Part shown: positions 14,029-26,458 of the stretch, one piece after another
Layout: every line of letters begins with the position of its first letter
Position numbering within the stretch: the first letter of the stretch is position 1
NCBI GenBank assembly: GCA_000165425.1
Contig: CT868010.1
Location: 62,001-126,000 of the forward strand
DNA length: 64,000 nucleotides
From: Paramecium tetraurelia
Lineage: Eukaryota
Direction: 5' to 3'
The notes under the pieces: model-generated
What the model saw: the letters and a program-made list of their open reading frames with translations, nothing else
Told to the model about the DNA's origin: nothing
Databases searched by the model: none
Translations under genes and position numbers: made by a program

Positions 14029-14185
14029 AAATAATAAGACAATATTTATCTTGCTCAAATATTAATTATCACAAAATAAAACGAATAACATATCTTATTA
14101 ATACTACTAGATATTAAAACGATAAGAGTTATTCGAATATAAAATATGTTGTTAAAAGATCATGAAAATTTAGGGACCTTTGTAA

Positions 14186-15617
14186 TCATTCATCCCTGTA
14201 AGGACATTTTATCTATTGATTCCCCTAAGTAGCTTCATATTATGTGAAGCAATCAAAACAAGCTGCATGTCTGTTACATGGAAAGAATGTTGCATCAAGG
14301 ACATCTCCCAAACAAATAGGACAAGTTTATGGGTTAGACAATGGCAAAGGAAGCATTCTGTGGCGCAATTTCCTTTTAAGGCGTCTAAACTTAAGCATAA
14401 TGATTTTAGGCACTCTACCAAAAAGTGAACAAATAAAGAGGCAAAACAATTATATAAAGATTGTTAAGACTTTACAAATCTGAAGAATGAATGAAACAAA
14501 TATAAAAATTATGCAAATGCTTATAAGTAGGAAGGGCAAACTAGCTCTGATTCTATAATTCTCATTGCATTAATAAGATTTAATATTATGACATTCATTC
14601 AAACAGTTTTCATTCAAACATAAAGAACATGAATTTTCAATCGGAATAGTTGAAAATAAAAGACATTGATTATAGTAATCTATTGCCAATTCATCTGTTT
14701 AATTGTGTTTTAGTAGAATTTAGAGTCTATATTTGAAATTAACGTCTTGGATCTAATAAAATTCATCCTCCATTTTCATACACAGAATGTTTTGATATTT
14801 GATTTAAAGACTCTTGCTGTAATATTAATAGCAAATTCCTTTATTTGTGAATATAGCAAATACATAAGCATCTTAAATGGAAAATAAATATTTAATCTTA
14901 ATTTTCGTATCATCACGATACCAAGACAAAACCTTAGTAGGTAGAGTATAATTGATCGAATCAGAATTCATAAAAACAGCAGTTCCATTATTCCAATATT
15001 GAGTTGAAAATACCCCATTTTGAGTGCTAAATAAGACCTTCTGATCTAATTAGTTGATGTGTTCACTTAAATAAATGATATGATATTTATTGTCTGCATC
15101 GAAATAGGTGAATGTTAGGTTTGAATCATAATGATATACAACTATGGATTAATGAGATTTATTTTTTGGTTCCACAAAAGTCGAATTTAGTATTTTCACT
15201 TTTTGAGTCAATATATTAAAGACATATAAGGATTCATTCTGATACTGAGCAACAAAGTAAGAGGAAGTTATAGTTATATTAGTGAAATCTTCATTTTTAA
15301 TATTCATCGATTCTGCCTTTCTAATAGTAGTTTCATTCTAATTTTCATAAAGAGTGTATACAATAATAAGATCTCGATTCCTAAATAAGTTTCTCTGAAT
15401 AATACCATACAGCAAGAAAATGATTTTGGAGACAGAAATCTGTCTTGTTTTAAGAAATAATGGAGTATTGAGTTTGGTTCTAGAGATGGGAATATGCAAT
15501 ATCATCATATTGATTGAAGATGATGTAATTTTTATAAAGGGTACTATGAGGATGGTTAATATTGAGCTTCTTAAATGCAAATAGTATTTGGATGAGTATT
15601 AATATTAGAAATATCAT
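14186..15617 (-). CDS. Signal peptide + TM + C-terminal RING protein (putative membrane E3 ligase)
   Basis: MIFLILILIQILFA signal; hydrophobic LPFLLISICIIFIFVSFIL segment; basic KFRRLKRKLRHR; CPICLGDV..FPCNRHAACFDC...KCPYRDE. Confidence 0.75.
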
Positions 15618-15716
15618 TTTTATTATTATTACATAGTAGCAAATTCAAATGCAAAATTTGGATAAGGAATTCAAAACAGTTTTAAAATAAATAAATAAAA
15701 TAATTTAACACCAATC

Positions 15717-16055
15717 ATGGCTACTCTCAATGTACAGATCAATGTGAATCAATATTAACTGATATTGTAAACGGAAAAAGCCAAAAATACTTATTAACTA
15801 TAAAAAAGGGATTTCCCTTCTGGGCCAATTAACATCTATGAATAAAGATTCAACTCTGTCAATTTCTCGAATCAGAAAATTAATGAGGTTATTGGATGGA
15901 TTCTCATTATAGCAGTCATGCTAATGATGCTCCTCATGGCCACATCTCTAATTCAAGATTCAGTCGTTGGATTTGCCATACCATTACTTTCAGTAGTAGC
16001 ATTCTTCATTGTCTATTTAAATTGGATATCGATAAAGTTCTTTATCAACTCATGA
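15717..16055 (+). CDS. PIGY: PIG-Y/Eri1-like GPI-GlcNAc transferase subunit
   Basis: 112 aa, two TMs, C-terminal FAIPLLSVVAFFIVYLNWISIKFFINS resembles the PIG-Y W..xKFF..x end; start uncertain. Confidence 0.7.
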
Positions 16056-16119
16056 CTTTGATCACTTATATTCAAACGACTAACTGTCTATTTAAAATAT
16101 TTTTTAGTGTAAATAATTT

Positions 16120-16784
16120 TCATTTCTTTTTTTTCCTCTCTTTTTTTTCTTCACTATCCTTATGCTTTTTGTGCTTTTTTTCCTCCTTACTTTTCTTCTC
16201 TTTCTTCTCCTTCTTCTTTTTCTCCTTCTTAATCTTCTTCTCAACACATCCATCCTCTTCCTTCTTCACTTAAACTTAGTATTAGTCTTATTCACCATAA
16301 GCTTCTAATAAATATTATGCCTCTGTATTCTTGGTCTACCTTTGCATTGGACCATTTCCTAATCCTTTCTTCTCATTATTCAATTCATCATCAAAATCTA
16401 TTTTGGATTTCTTTGTTAACTAAGCCATTTCCTCTTTGGTCAACTTCACTTGCATCGACTTTTAATCTTCTGGTTATTCCAATCCCAACGCTATCCTTAT
16501 TCTTCTCTCGTCCTCCTCTTTCGCCCTTTTAAATTCATCATCCAATCCTACAATTTAAATTCGAATATCATACTATTAAAATCCAAATCACCACGATCTT
16601 CAGGTTTAATGTACCAATCTTTCTTTCTCCACTTCCCTCCCTTATCCAAATAACCAATTATTGTTGTTTATCCCAAATATTATTCACGATCATGATACTT
16701 CATTGTTCTCAGAGACTCCCAATTGAATTAATCATGTCCTCCTCTGCATCCAGGTCTAATTAGATCAGCATTATTTTAGTGCAT
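16120..16784 (-). CDS. MMTAG2: MMTAG2/C1orf35-like protein
   Basis: RPGCRGGHDQFNWESLRTMKYHDREQYLGQ...GKWRKKDWY; Lys-rich tail. Confidence 0.85.
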
Positions 16785-17349
16785 TTATTCTTATATATTA
16801 TATTAATTATTTATTATTTTTATAATATTTCAATATTATCAAGATATCACATTCATTTTATATACATCCACTTAATGCCTTTTATTACTACCTTTATTCT
16901 TAATTTATAGTTGAATTTAATTTTACTTATCAACCTCTTGTTTTTCCACTCCTTCCCTATTATATTATTATTATTGAGGGTACGATTAATATTTTGATAC
17001 CAATTTGGGTTTTTTATATTAAACTTGATCTATAGCAAATATGTTAAAGGTTTTAATTTGAATTTGAAAAAGATGTTTGATAGTGACTCTATTTGAACTT
17101 CCTTCCAATATAAGTCGATATTTTCTATAGTAAGATATGAGTAAATATTATAATATTTAGGAACTTATAATTGAACTGAATATTCTATATTAATAATATT
17201 CTTTATTTAGAATGTTAAAATTAATATTCATGTTTTAGTTTTCTGTTGATTAGAAGGAACTGATTAAATTTATATAAAAATATGGGTTATTGGAGATCTA
17301 TGAATTAATTAAATAATTATAGTTTAAAATAAATTAAGAATAAAGTTTA

Positions 17350-17946
17350 ATGACGAAAGCAAACATTCCATAAAGTGTTAAAATTTCACTAATTTCATAA
17401 CTGATAATGTTGGTTGTGGCTATTTTATTTGAGTTTACGCTCTTTTTCACAAATTTATATGAGATATATTCACCACAAATATGTACGATCTCATTCACTG
17501 GAAAAGAGAGATGTTTAAATTATGATGGCCAATATGAAACTTTTACTGTAGAATGCTAAGACTGCTAATTCTTACACCTCATTTGGCCATTGTCTTTGGC
17601 TGAAATTACATTATTAATGTGTATTTTTATATGCAAAATATACTATTTCTTTACTCTGAAATGTGGCACTATCATAAAGGTAATATCAATTGTTTTAATT
17701 GCAGTTATACTAAGCTTGGAAATCTATTTGCTTTTACAATTTGATAGCAATATCCCCTAAGTTTTAACCTTTAATTATACAATCAAATTATATCCCATCG
17801 TCACCAAACTCCTTATTGGAGTTTTGATCTTGTCTATAATTATAGCCATTTGGGTTGAAGATATTCAAACTCTGAAATATAAGAAGCAGCAATCAATAGC
17901 AAGTTCTTCTAGCTGTTATTCACAATAATTGTTATAAATTTAGTGA
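17350..17946 (+). CDS. Four-TM membrane protein
   Basis: Intronless 198 aa; four hydrophobic segments; Cys-containing first loop (ICTISFTGKERCLN...ECQDC). Confidence 0.65.
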
Positions 17947-17975
17947 TTCTAAATATTTTATATTTGTTTAATGAA

Positions 17976-19068
17976 TCAAATTACTACACATTTTTTATAC
18001 TTCTTTCTCAATTTGGCTCTAGTTGAATGTTCGAATAAATTGTTAGTCAACACCACAGATTAGGTATCTAGTAATCTGCTTAAGAATTTATCAATTTAAT
18101 CTCGATCTTGTTCCACCATTTGGTTGTCTGACAGATTGAGTAACTTGAATTGAGGATTTTGCAGAGTGTAATTAAAATTATCGATTTTCACATAAGGTGG
18201 TACTTAGATTAGCATTTCTTCAGTATATTTTTTTTTTTGTTTCTAAAACTTTTATACTTATAATTCTCTTTGTTATTCTAATTCTTAAATCCTATTATTT
18301 TATAATGATTAATTTATACTTAGAAAATTCCTCTGCTGTTATTCTATTCTTACCAAATGAATTTGCCAATAACTTGATATCTTAAAAGGATTTGATGGAA
18401 TTCTATGCTAATCCAAGATATTCTAAGACATTGTGTTTCCCCATATATTCTGCAATGGCATCTACACCTTCTTGACTGATTTTATTTACTCCTAATTCTA
18501 AGACTCTCACTCTATTATGTAAGCCTGCCATAAATTAAACTATTGCATTATTTTCAATTTCATTTCCTCTTAAATATATAAATTCTAAGTTGTAGAGGGG
18601 ACTTAATTTTAGTATGTTGACATTAGGATTATATTCAATAAATGCTTTTGTGATTCTTTAAAATGCAAAAATTTAATACACAACATCTAATTCTTAGATG
18701 GTAAATCTATTGTGTCTAAAATCTATTGCCATTAAATTACTATTATTGATAAATAGGTGAATAAGTTTCAATGTTAGCCAATCAACATTAACACTATTAA
18801 ATCTTAAAAATTGATCCTATGTGTTATTTTATAAACATGGATGAAGGTGATTATTGATTGAGTTGGATACTTGTTAGATGTTTTCCATGTACCCAACTTA
18901 TTATTATTATTATAAGTTATAGATCTCTTTTTAGTTCAAAGTTAAATACTATTCGAAGGCACTTTATTATACACTTTAGGGTTGATACACCCAGAACACC
19001 TCCTTTTGAATAATTCTTGATTAAATTTGCTGAGGTTATTAAGTTGAAGGTGGTGGTTACTTTTTCAT
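17976..19068 (-). CDS. Leucine-rich repeat protein (RNI-like, LRRC71-like)
   Basis: LEFIYLRGNEI, VRVLELGVNKISQEGVDAIA, LEYLGLAQNSI, FKLLNLSDNQM. Confidence 0.8.
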
Positions 19069-20217
19069 ATTAATATTAATTTATATAATACTCTCTTATT
19101 TATAATGAATTATATTTAATAACAAGTATGAAATTAATGATTAGTCGAACATATTTTTGAATAAGCGTATAGCATTTAGAATAATCACATTAATTGAATT
19201 ACTTAAGATGTTTCTGATGTCATTTCTAATTATTATCTTGATTATTCTCTACATAAAAAGTCATGTTTAGCAGCCAGTTTTTCATATCTAATTTTCAACA
19301 AGCAGTATTCTTAAGTTTCTGATATTTGATAATACAAACTCTAAAGGTTATATTTATAATTCTTAATCTTTAGTAAGTTCATTAATATCTAGATTCCAAA
19401 TCAGAGTACTTTAGTAATTTAATCACCATTCATAACTATTCATCAATCTGGATTCGGTAGCATCATTATTCAAAAACATATTTCTTAATGAATTGCTTGC
19501 TTTAAAAATCCAAACCGATTTAGTCAGACTAATTACTTAAAGTTAAATAAATGGGTTATTAATCCTAATTTCCTTTTATATCTACTTTCAGCTATAGTAA
19601 ATTATTCATTTGATAAATTATCATCATATATTTTCAATTTCTTAGATTACAAATATATTCTTAAATAAAGCAAATATAATAAGGCTATGATCACTAAGAA
19701 TTATAACTTATAATATGCTTGGCCACTATAAAGTTAATGCATTCAAATTATTAAAGTAGACTTCTTACAGGATTCATTATAAATCATAAATCATTGAAAT
19801 AACTTAAATTAGAACTAAGATACCATTTGTGGGAAATCAAAAAAGTGATGGAGCAGTTAGCTTACACAAATATATGATATAGATGCACAAAAGTAATTGT
19901 TGTCAAACTAATATAAAAATATAAATAGTTTAAATTATTAATATTAAAATTGTTTCAATAAATTTAATTAATACGTATTATTGAAAATATCAAATTGATA
20001 ATATTCTTTTTTAGTCGTGCTTGTTTATGAAGATTCAATTAAAGCTGAATTGATCAAATGGCTTGTATACATCTTTTGATAAAATTAGTAGTTTGATAGT
20101 TTTTAATTTAGAAAAATATAAAATTAAAAGATTTGATTACGATTTGATAATCCTTAATACGCAACATATTTTGATTGTTAAGTGTGAGATTATTTGAAGC
20201 GTATATAAAATTTAATA

Positions 20218-20619
20218 ATGGATAAATAATCATGTTGCTTATATGAGCGTTTTGGTGGCGATTAACAAGTTTCCGAGTTGATTGATTAATTTTACTATAA
20301 GGTGTTGTTTGATAAGCTCTTAAGAGACAAATTTCTAAAGGCAGATATGAGTAGAGTCAGATATCAATAAAAGCGATTCTTCTCACAAATGATGGGAGAC
20401 TAGAAAACTCAATATACTGGAAGGTAGAGTATTGAATATGAATGTTTTAGAGACTTAATTGAGGTCCATCGAAATCTTGGTATCTCAGATTAGCAATTTG
20501 ATAAGTTTAAGCTTCATTTAAAAAGCATTGCTTAAGATATGGAAGTAGGTGTGGAGGATATCGAAGAATTGTTGGAACATGTGGAAAGACATAGAAATGT
20601 TATTGTTTTTAATAAATGA
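20218..20619 (+). CDS. Group I truncated (2/2) hemoglobin
   Basis: LYERFGG..FYYKVLFD...KFLKADMSRVRYQQKRFFSQMMG..QYTGRDLIEVHRNLGISDQQFD; proximal His in EVH; one 27-nt intron. Confidence 0.92.
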
Positions 20620-20644
20620 TGTTTTAATACATATATTAATTTAT

Positions 20645-22569
20645 ATGAACGAATTTTCTGAATAAATAGATATTTCAAAACTTAGAATAGATTTAGGTCA
20701 ATAATGGAATGAAATCGAATTGGAAGTGTTTTTAAAGAGTATGATTGAATGAATAAGTTGATTGTAGTCTTTAGACAATAATAATTGGCAGGAGTTGGCA
20801 GAATGCAAGAGACCTTGAGACAGCTGGGATATCAACGAACAACAACGAATTTATTGTCTGTGTATAAGAAGGTAAAATTAATTATGGATGAAGAATAAAA
20901 ACTTCTTGGAATCCAATCAAAATTGTACCGCCCATGACTTGTACCTAATATTAAGAGATCATTATGAATAAAATGAATCCTCTGATATGCGAACTATTAA
21001 GAAGATTAAGAAAAATTAAAATTGTACACATTATTGCATAAACACAAGATCGTAAGTCGATTCCTTAAAAATTTGATATCAATGATAATACATAGGATAT
21101 GACCTTTTATTTCAGTTAAACCTAATGCATCGATAACCAAAGTGTTTATGATAACAAGAACATAAGTCAAAATGTATGTATTTTTAATTTAAATTCAAGT
21201 TTTGTAAATGGATTTAACATGAATATTTTTATTCACATTTAGATTACACTTATTTTAGTCTAAACGAATTTCAATAGATGTTAACTAAAGCCAGCATTCC
21301 TTTAGGATCTAAATCAATTGCTGAATGGAGGATTATTAAGATGGTAGGACTTCATTTCATTTCATTAGGCAGTAGGATAACCTAGAAGATTTTCATTTTA
21401 TTTCCTTCAATAAGAAATGAGTAAATTAACTAAATATCGATCCGTTATTCGAAACTACCTATTTGATTAGAACTATCCTATTCATAGAGACATTAGAAAT
21501 CTAGATCTAATACATGACATAGTAAGGTTGGCACCATTCAATGTTGATTAAACAGTTTATGCTGTGCATCCAATCTGCAAACATGTTCATGTCGGTTAAA
21601 TCTTATCTACCAATCTACCTACTATCACTATCAAATTCTCATAACCTGAATTGGGAGTACACAAAATATCAGATCAAAATATTTAATTGTATCTATGAAT
21701 CATCTATTATCATAAGGGAAGAGAAGTTCATTAGCAAGTAAATAAGTGATAATCGATTTGATATGCAACAATAATTAAAGTTTTAATACACAGAATGAAA
21801 ACAAAAATACTCTGATTTCCAGTATAGTTTAGGAATTGGATCATTATGCCGCAGCATTTATGATTAGAATTTTATAGAGGTATCATCACAAATATTTCAG
21901 AAAATACGCTTTGGTTGGACACTTGAAATAGCTAAGTTAGAGATTGCAAGATGAACCAACTCTTATAGAAGACTAAGAATTTAAGGCACTTTATCAATGG
22001 TCATTGTAACAAATCAAGAACTTTGACTCTGCATCCAAACATGTTATAACTAAGTTTAGAATGAGAGGGTTGGCTGGTTATTGTAAATACATTTTATCGA
22101 TCTATCGCTAGCTTTGCAATAGGTGAACAATAATCTAGATAAAGTTCTGAGCATGCCTCTTGCCTACATGGAAAGAGAATTAGACCAGAACAATGTGGAA
22201 CCAGAAGAGGAGAAGAAGAATCTGGAAATCAAATAGATCATCCATAAATAATAGGATGTATATATATAAATTCTATTTGAAAGGAAAAAATTAATTCTCA
22301 ATTAAATTCATTACTGTAGCAAAAGTTTGCTTTTATAGAGAAGGATAGTTGTAATTATATTTCTTATGATTTTATACTCAACAGAATTAAAACCATTAGT
22401 TTCATCACTTTTTGGCCTATTGTATACTTTAAATAATAGTTAAGACTTGAATATGAGTTCAAATACTCATTGGCAAACATTAAAATAGTATATCTAAGAG
22501 TCACACCCTTAATAACTACAAGAGATATAGGAATCAATACTAAGAATAGTAGGTAATAATAACAAATGA
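20645..22569 (+). CDS. LIN9: LIN-9/ALWAYS EARLY-like MuvB (DREAM) subunit
   Basis: N-terminal LGQQWNEIELEVF; DIRP domain EYFYSHLDYTYFSLNEFQQML...EWRIIKMAVGQPRRFSFYFLQQEMSKLTKYRSVIR. Confidence 0.85.
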
Positions 22570-23147
22570 CATAAATTTATATTTAGAATTCAGATTTCAA
22601 AGTGAGAAGTTTAGAATTTTTAATTTATTAGTTTCAATTTTAAATGACTAAAATATCGTCTAATTTCTAGTTTCTATCTCCAATGAGTTTTGAGTGTGTA
22701 ATTATTTCTCTTAGTCTCTTTTATTTAAGAACTTAATAAAAACCTTTTTTCTTCTTCTTTTAAATGTTGGACTAAATTGTGATATAATTTTCATTAATCT
22801 ACTCATCATTGTATTCTTGAATTTTCATTTTATTTATTAAAGCATTTTTTATTTAGATGCATATATTGAAACTAAATAACTTAATACATTCACTGTTTCC
22901 CTTTTATTTAATTTGATAAACTCAATCTTTCTTTGCAATTCTTATTATTTACACTATCCTCTTCATTCTATTCATAAGAATATAATTCAGTATTTTCCAA
23001 GAAACGTCTAGTCCGAAGCGTGATAAATGCTCTATTTGAGATGATCATTTAATTAATTTTTATTTTGATATCATCACAAAATTACACATACTGATTTGAA
23101 TTTTTGTAAATGATATATTAACTATTATTAAAAAGAAATTAATAGTT

Positions 23148-23892
23148 TCAGAGTGGACAAACAGTTGACAATGTTTTGTGGTGATATTTTGTTCGATGCA
23201 AAGTCAATAGTTATGATCTCTATTGGATTAATTGGGTAGATTTTAATGGTTTAAGCAATTTGGAATCTATTTTTCTAAGAGTCACGTAAGGAGATAGGTA
23301 AGGTAAATTTCTTGGAGTTTTTGAATGTTTTGGGGAACAATTAGGGGTGTATTGGGTTAATTAATACATCTTTAATTGTGATTGTCTCGAGTATTATGAC
23401 CGTAATTTTGTCATCTATTCCTGTATAACTTATAAAGTCTAAGGATTTTATTACCATCTTGCATTGCTTTTATTTTACTATCATCATAAGTCTTCATTTT
23501 TTTTAATGATTACTTCATTCTTTAAGCAGATTTAGGGTAAGCAGATTATCTGATCACTCAAATTTAATAAAATACATATGTTAATTAGATGCCCTTCTTG
23601 TAAGAATTGCTTTTCGATATGGTATTGGTCCCATAATATTCATACATTTATATTAAAATGTTCCCAATTACCCACATTCATCGCAGTAACAGCTTTTCCT
23701 TCTTAAAGGTCCTGTTATTGTTTTCTATTGTAAAACAAAATGATTTTATTAACTTCTTGACTTTTATCTTTTTTTTGCTTATCGGTCTTGATAGCTTAAC
23801 GTATTAGACAATCTGAAAGTCAAGCTCAAAGGAGAATTAAGACCAGAGTTACTTTCTATTTATTTTACTCCATCGAGAAGTAATTAATTCAT
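23148..23892 (-). CDS. Hypothetical protein with RRKSCYCDECG motif
   Basis: LRRKSCYCDECGQLGTFQYKCMN; S/P/K-rich tail; 5' exon structure unresolved. Confidence 0.5.
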
Positions 23893-25569
23893 GATTTATT
23901 AAATATATCAATTATCATAACCATTTTCAACCAAAATTTAGAAACTGCAGAAATAATTTTGAGAGTTCTCAACCCACTTTTTGAAACTCCTTATCTAAAT
24001 TTTCAAAATTTAAAAAAATTAAAGATCAATATTTCTTTGATTCTTATTAATATTTATCATTCTAATCTGAATAAAAATAATCCTATTGTTTACGATTATT
24101 TTAATTTATAATACTGTTCTAAATTTCAACCAACTTTAAGAGGTATTGTAAATCCTAATACTTAAATTTAAATTGATTTAGATGTTGAAAATGAATAAAT
24201 CAATAATTTTAGTTATTCATTTCAATTATAAGCTTAAAGTATCTTCCTCTTGAATCTTTTGGGAAGATATTATAATGGATTTCTAAAACATTAATATATA
24301 AAGATTTTTCTAAAGTTGAAACTAATTACCTTAAACTTAATTACTTATGTGATTTTAAGTTGAGAAACCTTTTTTTGATAATTAGAAATATGTACATTAT
24401 TATTTATGAATTGGGACTTTCTATTGTTAATACTCTGATTTTGATTATAAACAGGAAACTTAAGGAGTTCTTTAAATATCAAAGACCACAATCAATTGAT
24501 AAATTACCCACTCCAAACACTGTTAATGGTAATAACTTCCTTAAAGTAATTCTTAGAGTTGGAGACTTAAAAATTAAGATAAGATTCAATAGCGAAATAA
24601 CACAAAAAACTATTTTTAAACCACATAGATACGCAAAAAAGATAACAACAATTAAAGAAAGCAAGATATCAGAATTAATATCATCCTACTCGTAAACTGT
24701 TTTCGAAGATGATAAAAAAGGGGTGATGAAGATTTGATTTAATTTTACCACATATTTTATGAGAGGAATGTAAAAAAAATAAAATTATTTGAAAAATGAA
24801 AAATTCTAGCCAAAAAAGCTATAAATTTGAAGGACTTTGTTTAGATGTATTTATCTATTATATAGTAGCGACTTTATCAATCAGCATTGTCATTAAAAAA
24901 ATTACTATTATAATATATATTAAGCAAATAATTCATCAAAAATACCATATTAAACTTCTGGTTCAATTGCATTTTTGAGATTTTTATTGCATAATAATAA
25001 TTAAGCAGTAAAGTAAATGTTAGAGTAGGAAAAATCATATATTGGTTGGTTCAATGAATAAGGGCAATGTGTCATACAAATAGTAGTGATGATAGTTTGC
25101 TTTGGTGACTGATTATCTGTAGATAATTTGATTGTTACTCATTTGTAAAGCATCTCCATGGGATAAAATTTTAAGAGATTTTTTCATTTATTTTATTATT
25201 AAATAATAATAATAATTAAATTTATAAGTTTACATAGATGGACTATAGAAGTGAAGTAACAAAAAAATCTTATAAGCTAACCTAATATCTTAAGATATAT
25301 AATTAAGATTTTGAGTGTTTATTGAATATGGAAGATGTCAAATAAAAATTGAATTAGTATTGAGTTATCTAAATTATGTATGGGATTTGAATTCATTTTC
25401 TTTCATATATTTAACTTTCTTTTGATTTTTCGTCCTCAAAATTTCCATATTTGAATTTAGTAGAATATATTTCCGATTATTTATAAAACATTACATTAGC
25501 ATTTTTAATAGAAAATAAATTTATTAAAAAAAAATTTGGCTACTTTTCTTTTATTAATCTTTTCTAAAA

Positions 25570-26388
25570 ATGCAAAACGAATTATATTTCAATATCAATG
25601 ATCCCTCAACATAACTAGATCAACCCCTAGATCTTTAATATCATAATTATTAAGAGGAACAGTTGAGCAATCATAATACTTCCACATAAATTTATTATTT
25701 CCCATTAACTGAAGAGCCAGGAACCAGGTATCTAAAGAAACAGCATCTTATACACTCTAACTTGATCAATTCTGAAGTTCCTCCTAAATAATTGCCTCAA
25801 GCTTCTAAAGAATAAGGTAAACATAAAGAAGATGATTGCAGTGAGCGATGTGATTCATCACTATATTTTTAAGAATATTAACTAATTCAAATTTAACACC
25901 CCGATTCTGAAATTACTCCAATAGGATTTAAGAATCTACCTAAAACTTTTTTGTCTAAGCAAAAGAGGAGAGTAAATCAAAAATCTGAAGCCATATACAA
26001 GCAAATAATCTTTACTTAAATCATTATTTATTGGATAGTTGAAATCTATGTTGCATAATTGGGTTCTAAATATTTAAAACAATTTGGCAAGATGACTTAA
26101 AATTGCTGTGCTTTCATCCATTAGAACATTCAATTACTTATTGGAGTAATATTTGGTGATAATAAATTAATCGAACAAGAGAAAAAAAATAACTTAGCAA
26201 TTTTCCATCCTCTCAGTAATAAAATACTTTAATATTTATATTCTAAAAAAGCAGATGAATTCATTATGGAAGTAAAGTTGTAAGAATTTAGACGATTTAT
26301 TTAACACCTCAAAGAATAACAGTACATAAAAGACCATGGCTATTTAATAAAGATAGAAATAATAATAAAATAAAAAAAAGATGAATGA
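25570..26388 (+). CDS. Hypothetical protein
   Basis: Continuous frame in code 6 starting MQNELYFNINDPS; no domain recognised. Confidence 0.55.
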
Positions 26389-26458
26389 TAAAATGAAATA
26401 AAATCAAATGTGGAAGAGAGAGAATGAATCTATTAATTAGAATCAAATCATATAATAA

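Noticed and set aside
15896..16653. Phe/Ser/Leu-rich ORFs in the supplied track that look like membrane proteins
   Set aside because: Antisense to the Lys/Glu-rich MMTAG2 gene or out of frame with PIG-Y
22600..23050. Possible small minus-strand gene
   Set aside because: TGAs in the frames tried; no supportable model
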